Position numbers and translations under genes: made by a program
DNA from: Candidatus Sericytochromatia bacterium
Lineage (GTDB): Bacteria; Cyanobacteriota; Sericytochromatia; S15B-MN24; JAQBPE01
Direction: 5' to 3'
Assembly (NCBI GenBank): GCA_040400605.1
Contig: JBBAPZ010000036.1
Location: 1 to 11,449, forward strand
Length of the DNA stretch: 11,449 nucleotides
Notes under the pieces: model-generated
The model's database searches: none
What the model was told of the DNA's origin: nothing
Seen by the model: only the letters and a program-made list of their open reading frames with translations
Shown here: positions 8,092-11,449 of the stretch, piece after piece
Layout: each line of letters opens with the position of its first letter
How positions within the stretch are numbered: position 1 is the first letter of the stretch

Positions 8092-8619
8092 ATGACATTT
8101 CCATCCTTTTCCGTGGGCGAGGTTTTGCGCGCTCAGGACATGAACGCTGTCGGCTTGTGGCTAATTAAGTCGCAAGTGGTTGGTAGCGGTGTTTCCAGCG
8201 TGACTGTAAACGACGCATTTACAAACGATTTTGACAACTTTCGAATTATTTATTCCGATGGTACGCAATCTGCCAACAACTCGTTAAACATTCGCCTAGG
8301 CGCTTCTAGCGCTAGTTATTTTGGAGGTTGGAATGGCGCTTTCTATGCAACCGGTTCAGCCAATGTGGGAAGCAATAACAACACTTCACAGCTTTTAATT
8401 GGCGGCGGCGATTCAAACGGCAGTTCCATTTGTTGTGATGTGATGATTCCCAACAGAACTAAATACACCAATTTCACTTTTAACGGAGTCTTTGTTGATT
8501 CTGCAATTGTTGGTGCAGGACGACACGCGGTTGCTGCCGCCTATACAGGTTTTACGATTCTCACTGGCGCAGGCACGATGTCCGGTGGGACAATTCGCGT
8601 TTACGGATACCAAAAGTAG
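8092..8619 (+). CDS. Putative tail fibre / receptor-binding minor tail protein
   Basis: The N-terminus 'FSVGEVLRAQDMN' is typical of tail-fibre attachment segments. The body is G/S/N-rich and beta-like, ending 'GTMSGGTIRVYGY'. It is the last sizeable gene of the tail module. Confidence 0.6.
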   Translation: MTFPSFSVGEVLRAQDMNAVGLWLIKSQVVGSGVSSVTVNDAFTNDFDNFRIIYSDGTQSANNSLNIRLGASSASYFGGWNGAFYATGSANVGSNNNTSQLLIGGGDSNGSSICCDVMIPNRTKYTNFTFNGVFVDSAIVGAGRHAVAAAYTGFTILTGAGTMSGGTIRVYGYQK

Positions 8620-8625
8620 GACACA

Positions 8626-8742
8626 ATGACAAGACCAAACATTCAGATAGATGACGAAGTACGCGAAATGACCGAAGAGGAATACGCAGACCTTCTTGCA
8701 AGCGGCTGGACACCCGATGAAGCGCCTGCTACTGACGCTTAG
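8626..8742 (+). CDS. Small acidic protein (38 aa), possible fibre-associated chaperone
   Basis: Manual translation: MTRPNIQIDDEVREMTEEEYADLLASGWTPDEAPATDA. AGGA precedes the ATG and the ORF fills the gap after the fibre gene. It is below the ORF-track size cutoff. Confidence 0.7.
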   Translation: MTRPNIQIDDEVREMTEEEYADLLASGWTPDEAPATDA

Positions 8743-8836
8743 CCTCGTGGCGGTTCTCGCCTCATGCGCTGACCGCACACGCCACAACTGCGAAACCACC
8801 AACGCCAACGGCCTACTAGAAAGACGCTGCCCATGA
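8717..8836 (+). CDS. Tiny predicted lipoprotein (39 aa)
   Basis: Manual translation: MKRLLLTLSLVAVLAS-CADRTRHNCETTNANGLLERRCP. It has a basic N-terminus, a hydrophobic core and lipobox LASC (Cys17). Its stop overlaps the next start (ATGA at 8833-8836). Confidence 0.72.
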   Translation: MKRLLLTLSLVAVLASCADRTRHNCETTNANGLLERRCP

Positions 8837-9105
8837 AACCCGAAAACCGCCTCTCCAACGAAGAAATAAAAGCCCGACTCATCCTCGTAGTAGGCATTGC
8901 GCTCTCGTTCTCATTCGTCGCGGCAATTGTCTCGCTCATCTACGGCCTGCTATTCGTGGTACAGCCTCTCGAACAAGCCCCCAACGACTCCGAAGCATGG
9001 GCAGTCCTCTCCCCCATGCTCATGACCCTCGCCGGTGGACTCATCGGGCTACTCGCAGGCAACGGCCTTAAAGACAAACCGAAGGATCCGCCAAGTGCCC
9101 CGTAA
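8833..9105 (+). CDS. Two-TM membrane protein, putative holin
   Basis: Two hydrophobic segments (LILVVGIALSFSFVAAIVSLIYGLLFVV and AWAVLSPMLMTLAGGLIGLLAG) and a charged C-terminus, immediately upstream of the endolysin. Confidence 0.65.
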   Translation: MKPENRLSNEEIKARLILVVGIALSFSFVAAIVSLIYGLLFVVQPLEQAPNDSEAWAVLSPMLMTLAGGLIGLLAGNGLKDKPKDPPSAP

Positions 9106-9595
9106 ATACCCATATTTTCCTGCGTGGGACGGCAAAGCCACAGACCCCGTCACAAAGAAATTTTACGACCTGTGCAAACGGCGTTGGGGTTTCACCAACC
9201 TGGGCATGTACGCCAACCGCAAAATGCGAGGCTCAAAGAACCTGTCTGTGCATGCGACAGGGTTCGCAGTCGATATGGGCTACCCATCCACCCGTGCAGG
9301 ACGTGCACAAGCCCGACAAGCGTGGGACTGGTTTATGACCTACAGCGAAGAGCTGCGGATCTGCGAAGTACACGACTACTCGTACCTCAACCCAAAACAA
9401 GACCCGAAAGACAAAACCGCTTGGGGCAGGGGCTACCGCTGTTCCCGTGGAGAAGGTGAAGCAGGCGTAAAGGTTTACACGAAGACCGACAACGCTGGCA
9501 CACCCGGCGGTGCATGGCTTCATGTCGAGGTGTCCAACGATTGGGAGTCCCCTGAGGCTTTTGAAGCGGCTTGGAGAGCACTACCGAAGCCTTAA
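9095..9595 (+). CDS. Endolysin, zinc peptidase of the M15 / Hedgehog-DD-peptidase (LAS) fold
   Basis: Motifs R...S-V-H-A-T-G-F-A-V-D (SxHxxGxAxD) and downstream W-L-H-V-E. The likely start is GTG at 9095 with AAGGA at 9082-9086, rather than 9035. Confidence 0.8.
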   Translation: MPRKYPYFPAWDGKATDPVTKKFYDLCKRRWGFTNLGMYANRKMRGSKNLSVHATGFAVDMGYPSTRAGRAQARQAWDWFMTYSEELRICEVHDYSYLNPKQDPKDKTAWGRGYRCSRGEGEAGVKVYTKTDNAGTPGGAWLHVEVSNDWESPEAFEAAWRALPKP

Positions 9596-9599
9596 GTAC

Positions 9600-9700
9600 G
9601 TGGCTGGCGCTTGGTTTCGTCAGTCGCTAGGAGGGGCTGGGTGGTTCTCCATGGGGTTTTTTTATTTGTCCCCGTCGCCCAGCCTCTCCGCCCCCCTCTA
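9600..9700 (+). ncRNA. Structured intergenic element (two G-U-containing hairpins); terminator/attenuator or small RNA
   Basis: Hairpin 1 pairs 9600-9609 with 9618-9627. Hairpin 2 pairs 9630-9643 with 9676-9689, plus an inner helix of 9651-9656 with 9670-9675 around a U-rich loop. Non-Watson-Crick pairs are G-U on the + strand. Confidence 0.45.
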
Positions 9701-9704
9701 ATGC

Positions 9705-9741
9705 TTGACTTGTGTTTACACATTGAGCAGAATGTTTACAC
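9705..9741 (+). promoter_or_regulatory. Sigma70/SigA-type promoter with tandem TGTTTACAC repeats (candidate operator)
   Basis: TTGACT (9705-9710), 17 nt, then CAGAAT (9728-9733). TGTTTACAC occurs at 9713-9721 and 9733-9741. SD AAGGAG (9765-9770) precedes ATG 9776. Confidence 0.65.
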
Positions 9742-9775
9742 GGGTAACCAAGTACCCCTAAACAAAGGAGACAAC

Positions 9776-10090
9776 ATGTTTGACGATCTACCACTGTTTC
9801 GCAGTGCAGACCCCATCACCTCAGCCCTAGGCGCTGGCGATGTCAAGCCCCGCAGAACCTCACAAGCTATGCTGCTACTGAGCATCTACGAATACGCCGA
9901 CCTGACCGACGAACAAGCAGGTGACTTATCAGGGCTTGCAAAGCGTCCTAAGTGTTGCTACTGGAAACGGTGCAGCGAACTACGCGCTAAGGGTTTAATC
10001 GCCCCTACGGGCGTTACAAGGCTGTCTAGCGCAGGCTCAGCAATGCAGGTCTGCGCCATTACCCCAGCAGGCAAAGAGGCGCTCCGATGA
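9776..10090 (+). CDS. Winged helix-turn-helix DNA-binding protein (104 aa)
   Basis: Start placed at ATG 9776 because of the strong SD. 'LTDEQAG...YWKRCSELRAKGLIAPTGVTR...MQVCAITPAGKEAL' matches a wHTH recognition helix plus wing. The N-terminus has an 'R-x-x-D-P-x-T-S' motif. Confidence 0.75.
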   Translation: MFDDLPLFRSADPITSALGAGDVKPRRTSQAMLLLSIYEYADLTDEQAGDLSGLAKRPKCCYWKRCSELRAKGLIAPTGVTRLSSAGSAMQVCAITPAGKEALR

Positions 10091-10266
10091 TGTTCCTAAT
10101 TACCGTCCCGCTACTAGCCTTTTTCTCGTGCCTCATCTACGGCATGTACCAAGCCAGCGACATAGAAACAAACTGGCAAGACCCTCCGTACGACTGGAAC
10201 TTCGAAGACGAAGAACTCTGGCTTACCGAGACTGAAATATTGGACTATCAAAGAAGAAAAGATTGA
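10087..10266 (+). CDS. Small single-pass membrane protein (59 aa) with acidic tail
   Basis: Manual translation: MMFLITVPLLAFFSCLIYGMYQASDIETNWQDPPYDWNFEDEELWLTETEILDYQRRKD. It has an ATGA overlap upstream and a TTGA overlap downstream. Confidence 0.72.
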   Translation: MMFLITVPLLAFFSCLIYGMYQASDIETNWQDPPYDWNFEDEELWLTETEILDYQRRKD

Positions 10267-10649
10267 AACGTGCATTGCTCTGCTTCGCAGTACTCACCCT
10301 ATTTGTCCCGCCCATGCAAGCATCAGCTGCACCCCAGTGGAAATGCGAGCAGTGGCACACCATGCTCCGTAAACACGGACTTCCCATCGGCGTGTTCGAC
10401 AAGATCATGTGGAGGGAATCAAGGTGCATCCCTCACGCAATCAGCCGTGTTAACGGTGACGGCTCACGCGATACCGGGCTACTTCAAATTAACTCTTCGT
10501 GGCGTACGCTCACTGCTAAGACGTGTAAACGCCCGTATCGTCAGGTTATTAAAAGCTTGACAGACCCATCCTGCAACCTGAAAGTGGCTCGCATCCTGTG
10601 GGCTGATGGTAAGGGAGCGTCAAACTGGCGTGTAACATCAGGTCAGTAA
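10263..10649 (+). CDS. Secreted lytic transglycosylase (SLT / lysozyme-like fold)
   Basis: Signal peptide MKRALLCFAVLTLFVPPMQASA, catalytic 'IMWRES', 'DTGLLQIN', 'LTDPSCNLKVA' and a C-terminal 'G-x-x-N-W' motif. Confidence 0.85.
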   Translation: MKRALLCFAVLTLFVPPMQASAAPQWKCEQWHTMLRKHGLPIGVFDKIMWRESRCIPHAISRVNGDGSRDTGLLQINSSWRTLTAKTCKRPYRQVIKSLTDPSCNLKVARILWADGKGASNWRVTSGQ

Positions 10650-10673
10650 ACAATAAACATTCAAGGAGAACGA

Positions 10674-10895
10674 ATGATTAACAAACCACACGCGGTAGCC
10701 GTCAGGCTCACGCCCGAAGAGTTTCAGGCCATCACTCATGTGATGCTTCGAGACAAAGACAAAAACATCACTGCCACGCTTCGTAAAGTCATTGAGCCTT
10801 TGATTGCTGAGGGTGTCGCATCTCTTACAGCTGAGCGTAAGAAGGCTGAAGCCAAGGCGAAGCGCCAAGCCAAGAAGGAGGCTCCAAGTGCCTAG
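10674..10895 (+). CDS. Small DNA-binding protein, ribbon-helix-helix-like
   Basis: SD AAGGAG at 10663-10668. 'AVAVRLTPEEFQAI...NITATLRKVI' fits an RHH strand-helix-helix, followed by a Lys/Ala-rich tail. Confidence 0.6.
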   Translation: MINKPHAVAVRLTPEEFQAITHVMLRDKDKNITATLRKVIEPLIAEGVASLTAERKKAEAKAKRQAKKEAPSA

Positions 10896-11085
10896 GATTC
10901 ATTTCTTCAAAGTGCCAGAAACATTTGAGTTTGACGACTGCAACGAAGTTGCCGAAAGACTTACCAATGCAATTCAAAAATTGGGGTGCCCGAATGACAA
11001 GGTGATGGTTACAAACTTTGATTATCAAGGCTGTGTCGTAATGCAGGACGAGTTTTTAATGTTTGGAGAAGACAATGGCCTTTAA
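10888..11085 (+). CDS. Hypothetical protein (65 aa)
   Basis: GTG at 10888 with SD AAGGAGG (10875-10881). It overlaps both neighbours by a few bases. No recognisable motif. Confidence 0.6.
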   Translation: MPRIHFFKVPETFEFDDCNEVAERLTNAIQKLGCPNDKVMVTNFDYQGCVVMQDEFLMFGEDNGL

Positions 11086-11449
11086 TCTTGAGGACTACGA
11101 GCCCGTGGCAGCACGACACGCTCGCTGGCTTGCACAGCACCCCAACGGCAGAACGATTACCCATATGGTCTCTACACCCGGAGCAGACATCTGTGTGATC
11201 CGTGCAGAACTATGGCTTGAAGATGTGTGCATTGCCACTGGCTACGCCGAAGAGGTGCGTGGCGCTGGCAATGTAAACCGCACCTCCCATGTTGAGAACT
11301 GTGAAACATCAGCTGTAGGCCGTGCATTGGCGAACGCTGGCATGGCAGGTTCCGATGTAAACAAACGCCCGTCTCGTGAAGAGATGACGAAAGTAGCGAG
11401 CCGTGGCCCACGCTCCAGCACCATCTCACCAGAACGCACCAACCACAAC
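11075..11449 (+). CDS. Rad52/Sak-like single-strand annealing protein (3'-truncated), not in the ORF track
   Basis: GGAG precedes ATG 11075 and the frame is open to the window end: MAFNLEDYEPVAARHARW...IATGYAEE...SHVENCETSAVGRALANAG...RPSREEM. The 'ETSAxGRAL' motif is characteristic of Rad52-like phage SSAPs. Confidence 0.75.
   Translation, partial: MAFNLEDYEPVAARHARWLAQHPNGRTITHMVSTPGADICVIRAELWLEDVCIATGYAEEVRGAGNVNRTSHVENCETSAVGRALANAGMAGSDVNKRPSREEMTKVASRGPRSSTISPERTNHN

Noticed and set aside
9035..9094. Longer start for the endolysin (and likewise 10804 for the 10888 gene)
   Set aside because: Both would overlap the upstream gene extensively. SD-supported GTG starts exist at 9095 and 10888.
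9713..9741. Resemblance of TGTTTAC/GTAAACA to the eukaryotic forkhead (winged-helix) consensus
   Set aside because: The phage wHTH shows no forkhead sequence features, and a short-motif coincidence is likely.
9611..9775. N-terminal extension of the 159-aa ORF 9611-10090
   Set aside because: It runs through the hairpins and promoter. The strong SD at 9765-9770 supports ATG 9776 as the start.
531..10335. Frequent TGCAGC/GCTGCA hexamers
   Set aside because: They look enriched but mostly encode Ala-Ala in very Ala-rich proteins, and GCWGC is common in bacterial coding DNA. I cannot separate this from protein composition without a codon-shuffled null.
9082..10893. Shared AAGGA...CCAAGTGCC context at the GTG starts at 9095 and 10888
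   Set aside because: Only two copies, explainable by SD plus GTG-Pro start constraints and chance.
8..11448. Minus-strand and alternative-frame ORFs in the supplied track (e.g. 341-682, 1883-2233, 5047-5286, 6228-6605, 8413-8808, 9124-9459, 11172-11429)
   Set aside because: They are shadows of well-supported, tightly coupled + strand genes and show no RBS or recognisable motifs.

Overview
This window is part of a very compact tailed-phage (siphovirus-like) genome, with every credible gene on the + strand. It begins inside the terminase large subunit. The morphogenesis module follows: portal, fused prohead protease/major capsid ORF, head-tail adaptor, tail terminator, major tail protein, tail assembly chaperone with a probable -1 frameshift, HK97 gp10-like neck protein, a short tape measure protein and two tail-tip proteins. 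Next come a lysis cassette (tiny lipoprotein, 2-TM holin-like protein, M15-type peptidase endolysin), a structured intergenic region with a promoter, and an early module (winged-helix protein, small membrane protein, secreted lytic transglycosylase, RHH-like protein, ORFan, truncated Rad52-like ssDNA-annealing protein). The gene style suggests an actinobacterial, possibly freshwater, host; this is inference only. The most striking unexplained signal is the hexamer GTAAAC/GTTTAC. I counted 32 copies by hand against about 4-5 expected. It is held in coding regions by synonymous codon choice (16 of 17 Val-Asn dipeptides are GTA-AAC) and occurs as a tandem repeat over the promoter of the winged-helix gene. 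Other notable points are a nested in-frame start for the capsid protein, a non-canonical AAACCCT slippery site, a 39-aa lipoprotein in the lysis cassette and a G-U-rich two-hairpin RNA element. All counts are manual and no database searches were run.
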